Positions 9,876-19,001 of a stretch of DNA of 64,000 nt are shown here, in pieces. Source of the stretch: Ignavibacteria bacterium (lineage in GTDB: Bacteria; Bacteroidota; Ignavibacteria; Kapaibacteriales; UBA2268); contig JBBIJO010000010.1 in assembly GCA_037445895.1 (NCBI GenBank), positions 13,597 through 77,596 on the forward strand, in the 5' to 3' direction. The notes under the pieces were generated by a model. It worked only from the letters and a program-made list of their open reading frames with translations, made no database searches and was not told where the DNA came from. The position numbers and the translations under genes were made by a program. Position 1 is the stretch's first letter; the number at the start of each line of letters is the position of its first letter.

Positions 9876-11168
9876 ATGGAAATTAATTATAGCGAAAAGC
9901 TGTTTGGCGAAGCAAAAAAAATCATACCCGGAGGTGTGAATTCTCCTGTTCGTGCTTTTAAATCTGTTGGAGGAACTCCTCGCTTTATCAAGCGAGGGTG
10001 GGGTTCGCGAATACTCGATGTTGATGGCAACGAATATATTGATTTAGTTGGAAGTTGGGGTCCGCATCTGTTCGGTCATATACCTAAGTTTGTTAAGGAT
10101 GCCATTGCCAAGGCGGTTGAAAATGGAACAAGTTTTGGGGCACCTACTGTTCAAGAAATTAATATTGCCCGTTTTATTACGCAATTGCTTCCTTCGATGG
10201 AAATGGTTCGAATGGTAAATAGTGGAACCGAGGCTACAATGAGTGCGATTCGGTTGGCGCGAGCCTATACAAGCAAAGACAAAATCGTTAAGTTTGCCGG
10301 TTGTTACCATGGACATTTCGATTCTTTTTTGGTCGGTGCTGGTTCGGGGCCATTGACTTTTGGCGTTCCTAATAGTCCTGGGGTTACCCAAGGAATTGCA
10401 AAAGACACACTAGTTGCTACATACAATGACCTATCATCCGTCGAAAAGATTATTGATGAAAACAAAGGAGAAATTGCTGCAATAATTGTTGAGCCAGTTG
10501 CAGGAAATATGGGGGTTATTCCTCCAAAAGGTGGATTCCTACAAGGATTGCGCCAAATAGCTGATTCCAACCGGATTGTCCTTATCTTCGATGAAGTCAT
10601 TACTGGATTTCGTCTGCATTCGGGCGGTGCGCAAGCACTTTATGGGGTTAAACCTGACCTTACAACACTTGGGAAAATTATTGGCGGTGGATTGCCAGCA
10701 GCCGCATTTGGAGGAAGAAAAGAGATTATGGAACTACTTGCTCCCGTTGGTCCTGTTTACCAAGCAGGAACTCTTAGCGGAAATCCACTGGCAGTTTCCG
10801 CTGGTGTTGCCGTTCTAAAGTATATTAAAGAAAATCCAAATCTTTATCAGGATTTAGAATCGAAGTCCAAACGTATCGAAGAGGGTATTTTGGATAATTT
10901 AAGCAAACTCGGCAAAAAGTTCACTCTCAATCGTGTAGGCTCGATGATGACGTTGTTTTTTACGGAGAATGCTGTGTTCGATTTGGATTCTGCTTCGACA
11001 TCCGATACCAAACTTTTTGCTAAATATTTCCACAAAATGCTCGAACACAGCGTTTACTTGCCTTGTTCCCAATTTGAAGCATTTTTTGTCCCGTTGTGTA
11101 TTTCGAACGAGGAAATTAATTTCGTTGTCGAAGCCAATTATCAAGCATTAAAAGATATTTTGCAATGA
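9876..11168 (+). CDS. hemL: glutamate-1-semialdehyde 2,1-aminomutase
   Basis: 430 aa. GGVNSPVRAF, a class-III aminotransferase core, and TTLGKIIGGGLP (PLP lysine region). Confidence 0.92.
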   Translation: MEINYSEKLFGEAKKIIPGGVNSPVRAFKSVGGTPRFIKRGWGSRILDVDGNEYIDLVGSWGPHLFGHIPKFVKDAIAKAVENGTSFGAPTVQEINIARFITQLLPSMEMVRMVNSGTEATMSAIRLARAYTSKDKIVKFAGCYHGHFDSFLVGAGSGPLTFGVPNSPGVTQGIAKDTLVATYNDLSSVEKIIDENKGEIAAIIVEPVAGNMGVIPPKGGFLQGLRQIADSNRIVLIFDEVITGFRLHSGGAQALYGVKPDLTTLGKIIGGGLPAAAFGGRKEIMELLAPVGPVYQAGTLSGNPLAVSAGVAVLKYIKENPNLYQDLESKSKRIEEGILDNLSKLGKKFTLNRVGSMMTLFFTENAVFDLDSASTSDTKLFAKYFHKMLEHSVYLPCSQFEAFFVPLCISNEEINFVVEANYQALKDILQ

Positions 11169-12004
11169 AAATTACTATGAAAGTTTCGGAAAAATGCTTC
11201 CCAAAGCTTACTCGATTTGCTGGCATTTCGCCCTTTGGTTTAATGCAATTTTTGATTTTTGCATTTTCTTTGGGATTATTTGGTTGCTCGGTTTTTTCTA
11301 AAGGGAACAAAAATGAAATACCAGCGAGCAAAGCTTTTATCTTCAAGATTCAACAGAATGAACATACAAACTTCGGATTTTACATCTGCGCCGATACCAC
11401 TTCGACGCTTGAAAATATAAAAAAAGAAAAGGTTGGATGCTTCCTCGAATGTGATAACGAGAATTTTGTTCTTCGGCAATCTCGAATTCAATGTGAAATG
11501 GATAACATTCCGTTGTTACCTATGCATTACTTTATCCTCGAAACCACGGAAGGATTCAAAGAGAGCAATTGCAAATCAATTGTTTTCGAAGCAAACAACG
11601 AAAAGTTTCAATTCCCATTTGAAGTGGGCGAGCAACAAGGGGATTTATTTGTTTATCCGTATGTATTCAAAGTTTTGGATTCGCTTATACTTTTTGGAAT
11701 GGATATTGTTCGAACGAATCGCTCCGGTGATGAATATTTTTCCACGTCGGAAAGGTTGAGGGTAGAAATCCAAAATGAACTAGGCAAAACAGTGTGGCGT
11801 TCCGACGAAGGAGTCTATTTTTTGCAAGTTATTGGCGAAGTTGAACCGAAAGAAATAGGTTCTTGCTATCGTTATGTAATATTCTGGAATCGGACGGATA
11901 GAAACGGCAGGTTCATTACAAAAGGAAAGTTTAATGTATTTATTACACTTCCTATTCAGCCCAAACCAATTACAAAATTCATCGATATTAATTTGGGTGA
12001 ATGA
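11165..12004 (+). CDS. hypothetical lipoprotein
   Basis: 279 aa. It overlaps both hemL and ribD by 4 nt. Lipobox-like LGLFGCSVF. No family recognised with confidence. Confidence 0.6.
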   Translation: MKITMKVSEKCFPKLTRFAGISPFGLMQFLIFAFSLGLFGCSVFSKGNKNEIPASKAFIFKIQQNEHTNFGFYICADTTSTLENIKKEKVGCFLECDNENFVLRQSRIQCEMDNIPLLPMHYFILETTEGFKESNCKSIVFEANNEKFQFPFEVGEQQGDLFVYPYVFKVLDSLILFGMDIVRTNRSGDEYFSTSERLRVEIQNELGKTVWRSDEGVYFLQVIGEVEPKEIGSCYRYVIFWNRTDRNGRFITKGKFNVFITLPIQPKPITKFIDINLGE

Positions 12005-13122
12005 TGGACTCTGAGCAATGGATGCGTCGTGCACTCGACTTAGCAAAATTGGGAATTAATTTTGTTAACCCAAATCCTCGTGTTGGGGCTGTGATTGTTA
12101 AGAATGGACAAATAGTTGCCGAAGGTTATCATCGGTATTTTGGGGGTCCTCATGCTGAAATCAATGCTATTGAAAATGCAAAAAGTATCGAGTTGGAAGG
12201 AGCAACCCTTGTTGTGAATCTCGAGCCTTGCTCCCATTTTGGCAAGACACCACCTTGCACATCTGCAATAGTCGAAAAGCGATTCGCTAAGGTTGTGGTT
12301 GGAATGGTTGATCCTAATCCTTTGGTTGCAGGGGAAGGAATTCAAATCCTTCGCGATTCTGGAATTGACGTAGAAATCGGTGTTCTTGAAAAGGAATGCC
12401 GATGGTTGAACCGTTTCTTCATCAAAAATATGCTCGAAGCCAAACCTTACGTAATTTTAAAAATTGCACAAAGCTTAAATGGCTCGATAGCAACAAGTGA
12501 TTATCAGTCGAAGTGGATAACATCCGAAGAAAGTCGTAATCTTGTATTGAAACTCCGTCGCGAAGTCGATGCAATATTAATTGGAAAAACAACTGCATTA
12601 ATGGACGACCCGACACTTACTTTGCACGGTATCAACGGGAAAATCCCACGGCGTATTGTGCTCGATACAAATTTTTCATTGCCTATGGAACTTAAAGTAT
12701 TTACGGATGACTTTCGAACGGAGACCATTCTTGTTGTTTCCGCTCCTATCCAGGATAAGGAAAAAGAGGAAAATTTAACCAGAGCGGGTGTTAATATTCT
12801 GGCAAATCCAACAAAAAATAGTTTTATCAACATTTCCCATCTTTTACAAGCATTATACGAAAACCATAGAATAGGGTCATTAATTGTCGAAGGGGGTTCA
12901 CATATTTTTTCGAGTTTCATTAGGGAAGGATTATGGGACGAGATTAATTTTTTTATCGCTCCTAAAATAATTTCCGGGGGCATCAATGCGTTCAGTGGTT
13001 TCGAGATTCAAAGCCTTGACGACGCAAGTAGTGTGGTGCTTAAAGCTATTTTGCCAGTAGGAGACGATGTCCATATTATAGGATTAAATCCCAAAACTGA
13101 AAAACTATTGTTTAGCAACTAA
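12001..13122 (+). CDS. ribD: bifunctional riboflavin biosynthesis deaminase/reductase
   Basis: 373 aa. Deaminase zinc motifs HAEINAI and PCSHFGKTPPC, with a C-terminal RibD reductase-like half. Confidence 0.9.
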   Translation: MMDSEQWMRRALDLAKLGINFVNPNPRVGAVIVKNGQIVAEGYHRYFGGPHAEINAIENAKSIELEGATLVVNLEPCSHFGKTPPCTSAIVEKRFAKVVVGMVDPNPLVAGEGIQILRDSGIDVEIGVLEKECRWLNRFFIKNMLEAKPYVILKIAQSLNGSIATSDYQSKWITSEESRNLVLKLRREVDAILIGKTTALMDDPTLTLHGINGKIPRRIVLDTNFSLPMELKVFTDDFRTETILVVSAPIQDKEKEENLTRAGVNILANPTKNSFINISHLLQALYENHRIGSLIVEGGSHIFSSFIREGLWDEINFFIAPKIISGGINAFSGFEIQSLDDASSVVLKAILPVGDDVHIIGLNPKTEKLLFSN

Positions 13123-13588
13123 ACATTAGCGGCTAAATATACATTCCTTTATTCGCTGTTCATTTGGACTTAACCATTGTTAGGAATGTTTCGAAATAGT
13201 TATTTTTAGCCAAGTGTGGAAAATAATTATCTTTGCCCGTTTAGTGATACAATAGATTGATTGCATCACCAACTAAAAATATTTTCGCGAATTATGTTAT
13301 TCTATCTAAATTTTAGGACCTTACTTTGAAATCACCAAAAGGATATGAGTTAGGATTTTTCCTTAAATAGCTTTACAAAATACTGTAACTGTGGAATATT
13401 TTGGCGGAACGATTTTTATGTTTGCCTATAAATGAATCGGTTGGTCACCGTTTGAGAATAATAACCAAATGTATGAATAATAGTAACCAGAGGGCGAATT
13501 CGTTTTTTAGAGCATTGTTTTCCCAAGTTATAACTCGTTAAATTCGAAAATCTTAGAAAATTTGAAAAAGTCGCATTAATTCGGAATC

Positions 13589-13605
13589 TTGGCATTAAAT
13601 TTGCT
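13589..13605 (+). promoter_or_regulatory. putative sigma-54 (-24/-12) promoter of the flgB operon
   Basis: TTGGCATtaaatTTGCT. GG and GC have the exact spacing of the TGGCAC-N5-TTGCW consensus. The -12 GC lies 34 nt upstream of the flgB GTG start. Confidence 0.55.
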
Positions 13606-13637
13606 TTTATTCAGTTTGCAAAAGGTAGGAGAATGGA

Positions 13638-14069
13638 GTGCCAATAAAGTTACTTTTGTTCAAAGAACGATTGCCGTTGATGAGCAAAGCATTGGATGTA
13701 TATTCTATGCGCTTTCGAACGATTGCCGAAAATATTGCCAATGCAAGTACTCCAAATTATCATCCAAAAGAAGTTAAATTTGAAGAACTTTTTAAATCGG
13801 AATCGGCAAAGTTTCAAATATCAGGCGTTAGAACATCAATTGCCCATTTGAGAATGGACGAAACCGAAGCAGATGATGTGGAAATACCCGAAGATACGCA
13901 AAACATTCCGCAATCCGAAGAATATTTTGCGGGAAACTCGCATACGAATATCGATAGGGAAATGTCGGAGTTGGCTGAAACTCAAATTCGATTTCGTTTT
14001 GTTTCGCGTTTGGTGAAACGATATTTTTCTGGATTAAATAGTGCTATTACTGGAACACGCGAAGGATGA
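13638..14069 (+). CDS. flgB: flagellar basal-body rod protein FlgB
   Basis: 143 aa. Rod N-terminal motif IAENIANASTPNY. GTG start 6 nt after AGGAG. First gene of the flagellar string. Confidence 0.9.
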   Translation: MPIKLLLFKERLPLMSKALDVYSMRFRTIAENIANASTPNYHPKEVKFEELFKSESAKFQISGVRTSIAHLRMDETEADDVEIPEDTQNIPQSEEYFAGNSHTNIDREMSELAETQIRFRFVSRLVKRYFSGLNSAITGTREG

Positions 14070-14120
14070 TATAAGTAGAACTACTTATTGTTAAAATTTG
14101 AAACATAATATTTTTGAATT

Positions 14121-14606
14121 GTGATGGGGAACAATATTTTTGAAATACTTAAAATAAGCGGCGAGGGTTTAAGTTTGCAAAGACAACGGTTGAGCAGTAT
14201 TGCTAAGAATATTGCAAATGCGAACACAACACGCACGTCCAACGGAGAACCGTATAAGCGAGAAATCGTAATTGCAAAATCAATTGCTCAAGCTCCTTTC
14301 GCGTATGGGCTTACGCAATTATTGCCGTTGGAGATTTCTCCAAATTCTTTTCTACGCCAATCGCAAATCGTGGACAAGAAAGCACCGGAATATATTCAAT
14401 CGGAGACAATTGTGGATGATTCCCCACCGCGCTTGGTGTATGACCCATCGCACCCAGATGCCGATGAAAACGGATACGTTCGGTTTCCAAACGTAAATGT
14501 TATAACAGAAATGGTCGAAATGATTTCTGCGCAAAGGGCATTCGAGGCAAATGTTTCAATAATCGAAGCGGCTAAAAATGTTGCACGCGATAGTTTGGAC
14601 ATTTAA
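14121..14606 (+). CDS. flgC: flagellar basal-body rod protein FlgC
   Basis: 161 aa. IAKNIANANTTRTSNGEPYKR at the N-terminus and MISAQRAFEANVSIIEAAK at the C-terminus. Confidence 0.92.
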   Translation: MMGNNIFEILKISGEGLSLQRQRLSSIAKNIANANTTRTSNGEPYKREIVIAKSIAQAPFAYGLTQLLPLEISPNSFLRQSQIVDKKAPEYIQSETIVDDSPPRLVYDPSHPDADENGYVRFPNVNVITEMVEMISAQRAFEANVSIIEAAKNVARDSLDI

Positions 14607-14624
14607 TTTAAGTATGAAAGACAG

Positions 14625-14939
14625 ATGAATATTAATCCTGTAAATATTTACAACAAATACGATGCAAGGGTGGAGGTCCAAACCGAAAACATACAAAAGT
14701 TAATCAATCAGAATACGCAAAAGATTCTTCCTCAACAAAGACAAGAGCCGCCAAGAGATAAATTTACACTCGAATTAAAGAACAAAAACAATATAATAAC
14801 TGCGCAAGAACGCGAATTTTTTGTTAGAATGTTTCCCGAAAGTTCCACAAAAATTGAAAACCACGTCCTATTCGATAGAAACGGAAAGCTACAAACAAAA
14901 GATGTTGCAAAAGGAACGATTATAGATGCTCGTGTTTAA
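14625..14939 (+). CDS. hypothetical protein inserted between flgC and fliE
   Basis: The 104-aa ORF fills the flgC-fliE gap. No family recognised. The SD site is weak. Confidence 0.5.
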   Translation: MNINPVNIYNKYDARVEVQTENIQKLINQNTQKILPQQRQEPPRDKFTLELKNKNNIITAQEREFFVRMFPESSTKIENHVLFDRNGKLQTKDVAKGTIIDARV

Positions 14940-14944
14940 TTATT

Positions 14945-15268
14945 TTGTTCAATATGGGGGGAGTCGAAAATATGAAAGTTGATGAACTCAATCTGCAAAG
15001 GCAGTTGCAAATTCAACTTATACAGAAACAGAAGACTGATGTTGAAGGTGAATCCTTCGTCGATACCTTGAACAAGCTCATTCAAGATGTGAGCGAAACA
15101 CACAATGAATCAACAAAATTAGCAGAAGATTTTATCAAAGGAGAACCGGTTGAACTTCACGAAGTTATGATTGCGGCGGAAAAAGCAAAGACAAGTTTTC
15201 AACTTCTACTGGAAATTCGCAATCGCTTTATTGACTTTTATCGTGAAGTTTTACGAATGCAAACATAA
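14945..15268 (+). CDS. fliE: flagellar hook-basal body complex protein FliE
   Basis: C-terminal LHEVMIAAEKAKTSFQLLLEIRNRFIDFYREV is FliE-like. The likely true start is the ATG at 14972, 8 nt after GGGGGAG. Confidence 0.85.
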   Translation: MFNMGGVENMKVDELNLQRQLQIQLIQKQKTDVEGESFVDTLNKLIQDVSETHNESTKLAEDFIKGEPVELHEVMIAAEKAKTSFQLLLEIRNRFIDFYREVLRMQT

Positions 15269-15282
15269 AGGAAAAATTTTAA

Positions 15283-17016
15283 ATGGCAGGAACGGGGATG
15301 GCAAACCAAGCGGGGATTTTTTTTAAGAAGCTTACTTTTATTCAAAAAATTGTTCTATTTGGCGTTACCCTTGCTGTATTATTTGGATTGATTTATATTG
15401 TGCTCAATACAACAAGCAAAGTTGAATACGCTATTCTTTTCAGTCAAATTGAACCAACGGAAGCAGGCAAAATTGTCGAAAAACTCAAAGAGCAAAAGGT
15501 TGACTATAAACTTACCGATAATGGAACAACTATTTTGGTCGATAAAAACAAAGTTTACGATACTCGTGTAGCTATTGCTGCCGAAGGATTACCCGAAAGT
15601 GGCGTCGTTGGGTATGAAATCTTCGATAAAACTAACCTTGGGATGAGTGAGTTTGTCCAAAAAGTAAATTTTCGCCGTGCCCTCGAAGGAGAACTTTCCA
15701 AAACTATAGGCTCGCTTCAAGGTATTAAAAAAGCTCGGGTTCACATCGTTATTCCCGAAAAAGCCATATTCGAAACCGAACAAAAGCCGCCAACAGCATC
15801 AGTTACCTTACAACTCGGCAACGATAAATCAATTGGACGATTAAACATACGAGGGATTCAGAACCTTGTTGCTTCGAGTGTCGAAGGCTTGTCTCCTAAT
15901 AACGTTACGGTTGTTGACCATCGTGGAAAGATTTTGTCGGACTTCGATGTCGATGCAAATTCAGTTATCGGCAAAACCCAAATTCAACACGAGCAAAGAA
16001 TTCGGGTCGAGCAATACTTGACAAATAAACTTCAATCCCTACTCGATGGGGTTATCGGGCAGGGGAATTCCGAAGTTCGGGTTAGTGCAGATTTGGATTT
16101 TACTCAGGTAGAGAAAACAATAACAGATTTCGACCCTGAAAGGCAAGTTGTTCGAAGTGAACAGAATATATCTTCGAGCGCTAATACTGTGGATTCCCTT
16201 GTGTATCCAGCCCCAAATAAAACAGTTCAACAAAGTAATGCAATAGCTAATTACGAGATACCCCAAACAATCGAGAAAATCATTAATGGTGTTGGAACAA
16301 TTAAAAGAATCACCGTTGGAGCACTTGTCAATGGAATATACAAGGTGGTCGAAAAAGACGGTAAAAAACAAATAGAATATACTCCCCGAAGCGAAGAAGA
16401 AATGAAAAAATTAGAAGAGATTATCAAAAATGCAGTTGGGTTCGACCAAAACCGAAACGACCAAGTTAGCATAGTAAATGTTCCGTTCGATACTCAACAA
16501 CCCGAACCCGAGGTATTAGCTTCCCCACAACCTTGGTATCTTCAACCCGATAACATTCGTTTGTTTATTTTGGTGCTTGCTGTATTAATAGCTATATTTT
16601 TGATGTACTTGCTGTTTCATTCCCGACAGGTTAAAGAAGTGGCTCGCGTTGCTATGGCTTTGCCGGAACCACGTAAGCTTCTCGAAGAAGAAAAAGAGGA
16701 TTTGCAACGGGAACTCGAAAGCTTACGAACCGAAGAAGACCAGATGCTTCTCTTACCTACCGAAATGCCAGAGCAGCTTTTACTTACCGAAGAGGCTGGT
16801 GGTATTCCAATACCCGAAGACGAGGCGGTAGGTCTTCCAATTGTAAAAAAACCTGCAGCCAAGCTTGCCGATACCCGGGCACTGAGCGAAGAGGCTATGA
16901 TGAAAATGGAAATTCGCGATAAAATAAAAGAGTTTATCGAAAACCAACCTTCTGAAGCGGCTAAGCTAATCAGGGTTTATCTTACTCAAGAAGAAAGCCA
17001 AAAGCAAAAAGTTTGA
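15283..17016 (+). CDS. fliF: flagellar M-ring protein FliF
   Basis: 577 aa. N-terminal TM helix (IVLFGVTLAVLFGLIYIV), a second TM helix near residue 440, a YscJ/FliF-type periplasmic region, and a position between fliE and fliG. Confidence 0.9.
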   Translation: MAGTGMANQAGIFFKKLTFIQKIVLFGVTLAVLFGLIYIVLNTTSKVEYAILFSQIEPTEAGKIVEKLKEQKVDYKLTDNGTTILVDKNKVYDTRVAIAAEGLPESGVVGYEIFDKTNLGMSEFVQKVNFRRALEGELSKTIGSLQGIKKARVHIVIPEKAIFETEQKPPTASVTLQLGNDKSIGRLNIRGIQNLVASSVEGLSPNNVTVVDHRGKILSDFDVDANSVIGKTQIQHEQRIRVEQYLTNKLQSLLDGVIGQGNSEVRVSADLDFTQVEKTITDFDPERQVVRSEQNISSSANTVDSLVYPAPNKTVQQSNAIANYEIPQTIEKIINGVGTIKRITVGALVNGIYKVVEKDGKKQIEYTPRSEEEMKKLEEIIKNAVGFDQNRNDQVSIVNVPFDTQQPEPEVLASPQPWYLQPDNIRLFILVLAVLIAIFLMYLLFHSRQVKEVARVAMALPEPRKLLEEEKEDLQRELESLRTEEDQMLLLPTEMPEQLLLTEEAGGIPIPEDEAVGLPIVKKPAAKLADTRALSEEAMMKMEIRDKIKEFIENQPSEAAKLIRVYLTQEESQKQKV

Positions 17017-17087
17017 TGATTTTAAATGGGGATAAACTTAAATTATTTATTTTTTCGTTGTAATTTGAAAATCGAAAGTTCAGCGAG

Positions 17088-18110
17088 ATGAAAAAAATAG
17101 AATACAAATACGAAGACCTTACCCCGAGGCAAAAAGCAGCCATTTTGCTAATGTCGCTCGATGTCGATACTGCCGCAAAAGTGTTTAAACAACTTAATAT
17201 AGAAGAGGTTGAACATATTGCATTAGAAATTACAACTCTTCAAGATTTGCCATCGAATATTGTTGACCAGGTTCTCGAGGAATTCTATCAAATTATGACT
17301 GCCCAAAGCTTTATGCTCGAGGGAGGCATTGAATTTGCGCAAACCCTTTTGGAAAAAAGCTACGGATTCGACCGTGCCAAAGAAATTGTAGAAAAAATTC
17401 GTGTTTTGACTTCTGTTCGTGGTTTTAATATACTTAAAAAAGCAGATCCTCAGCAACTCGCGAATTTTCTGTCGAAAGAGCATCCACAAACAATAGCATT
17501 GATTCTATCACATCTCCCCGCTGATCAATCGGCTGAGGTTTTAAGCGAACTTAACGAACAATTACGAATCGATACTGTTCTGCGAATTGCGAAACTTGGG
17601 AAAGTATCGCCACAGCTTCTTCAAGAAGTTGAACATGTCGTTGACCAAATTGCCGAACAAACACTTTCCCAGAACCTTGCAACTGCCGGGGGTGCCCAAC
17701 TGGTGGCGAGTATTTTGAACAAGAGTAATACCACTATTGCAAAATCTTTGCTCGAACACATTGAAGAAAAAGATTTTGGAATGGCTCTCGAAATCAAACG
17801 TCTAATGTTCCTATTTGAAGATATAGTTACAATCGACGATCGTGGGATTCAAAGGATTCTTCGCGAAGTCGATAAACGAGATCTTGCTCTTTCTTTAAAA
17901 GTTGCCGACGAAAAGATAAAGCAAAAAATATTTAAAAATATGAGCGAGCGCGCCGCCGCCGTCGTTAAAGAAGAACTCGAGTATATGGGACCCGTTAAAC
18001 TTAAAGAAGTCGAAGCTGCGCAGCAAAGAATTGTAGATATTATTAAGCGACTCGAAGAGCAAGAGGAAATTGTTATTGGTGGGCGTGGTCGCGAAGATGT
18101 CTTTGTTTAA
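17088..18110 (+). CDS. fliG: flagellar motor switch protein FliG
   Basis: 340 aa. MFLFEDIVTIDDRGIQRILREVDKRDLALSLK is a FliG C-terminal domain. Position after fliF. Confidence 0.92.
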   Translation: MKKIEYKYEDLTPRQKAAILLMSLDVDTAAKVFKQLNIEEVEHIALEITTLQDLPSNIVDQVLEEFYQIMTAQSFMLEGGIEFAQTLLEKSYGFDRAKEIVEKIRVLTSVRGFNILKKADPQQLANFLSKEHPQTIALILSHLPADQSAEVLSELNEQLRIDTVLRIAKLGKVSPQLLQEVEHVVDQIAEQTLSQNLATAGGAQLVASILNKSNTTIAKSLLEHIEEKDFGMALEIKRLMFLFEDIVTIDDRGIQRILREVDKRDLALSLKVADEKIKQKIFKNMSERAAAVVKEELEYMGPVKLKEVEAAQQRIVDIIKRLEEQEEIVIGGRGREDVFV

Positions 18111-18143
18111 TCGTTAGAAATGAATAAAGTATGATGAGCAAAA

Positions 18144-19001
18144 ATGCAAACTTTTAAAATAAAACTCCCCACAAAGCCGAAGGAAGTAAAACCGAGCAAT
18201 TCCGAAGAATCTAACATTATTAAAGAAATAGTTCCAGAAATTGAATTATATAAATTCGAGGCAATTCAATACACTTATGGAGAAGATTTTGAAAGCGATT
18301 TTGATAATTTCGATACTATCGACGCCGTGCAAACATCTAAACCGAAAGCAAAGAAAAAATCGGAACGCCCGGTTTTTTCCATTTTCTTTTCAGTTAAAAA
18401 TATGGATAAACCAGTCCAACTAAGTCTGCGCAAAGTTCAATTTTTAGAGTATTCACAAAAAGAATTGCAAGAGGAGATTCAAGCCGCTTATGAAAGGGGT
18501 TTCCAAGATGGTCAACAAACTACTCAAATGACACTTTCCGAAGAATTTTCGAAATTCGAAGAGTGGATTCGAAATATTGACCAAGTAACCCAAGAACTTA
18601 GTTCGGAATTCCACAAAAATTTCAAAGAGCTTGCGAAAATTATTGTTCCTTTATCAATTCAGGTCGCTCGCCACATTTTAAGTACCGAGGTTCAGCATAA
18701 TCCTGAGATTCTTGAGCGACAAGTTCAAGAAGCATTGGATATTATTGACAATGAGCAAATATTTGAAATTCGTTTGAATCCGGAAGATATAGACATACTT
18801 AACTCTGTTAAAAGTAGGCTTGCGGGGAGCGAGCCAAAACTCGAAGGAGTCCGAGTCGTTGCCGATAGTTCCATTGACCGTGGGGGCTGTATCGTTGAAA
18901 CTTCCGTCGGGCGCATAGACGCAACTTTTGAATCACAACTGAAAAAAATTCAAGAAAATCTCGAAAATATAAATCTTGAAACTGGTGTGGAAAATGTTTG
19001 A
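18144..19001 (+). CDS. fliH: flagellar assembly protein FliH
   Basis: 285 aa. It lies between fliG and fliI. Central helical AYERGFQDGQQ region and a C-terminal FliH-like domain (GGCIVETSVGRIDATFESQL). Confidence 0.8.
   Translation: MQTFKIKLPTKPKEVKPSNSEESNIIKEIVPEIELYKFEAIQYTYGEDFESDFDNFDTIDAVQTSKPKAKKKSERPVFSIFFSVKNMDKPVQLSLRKVQFLEYSQKELQEEIQAAYERGFQDGQQTTQMTLSEEFSKFEEWIRNIDQVTQELSSEFHKNFKELAKIIVPLSIQVARHILSTEVQHNPEILERQVQEALDIIDNEQIFEIRLNPEDIDILNSVKSRLAGSEPKLEGVRVVADSSIDRGGCIVETSVGRIDATFESQLKKIQENLENINLETGVENV

Noticed and set aside
12504-12986. A 160-aa minus-strand ORF inside ribD. Similar antisense ORFs occur inside ppx (59009-59461), lpxC-fabZ (62810-63253) and the hydrolase gene (57888-58337).
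   Set aside because: They are opposite-strand frames of well-supported genes, with no motifs, SD sites or promoter boxes.
13175-13200. A shared motif CATTGT..GGAA..ATGTTTCGA between the flgB upstream region and the fliC upstream hairpin, considered as a possible common activator site.
   Set aside because: The core AATGTTTCGA also occurs in unrelated coding and intergenic places (7970, 9528, 28992). This is consistent with general TCGA-word richness rather than a specific operator.
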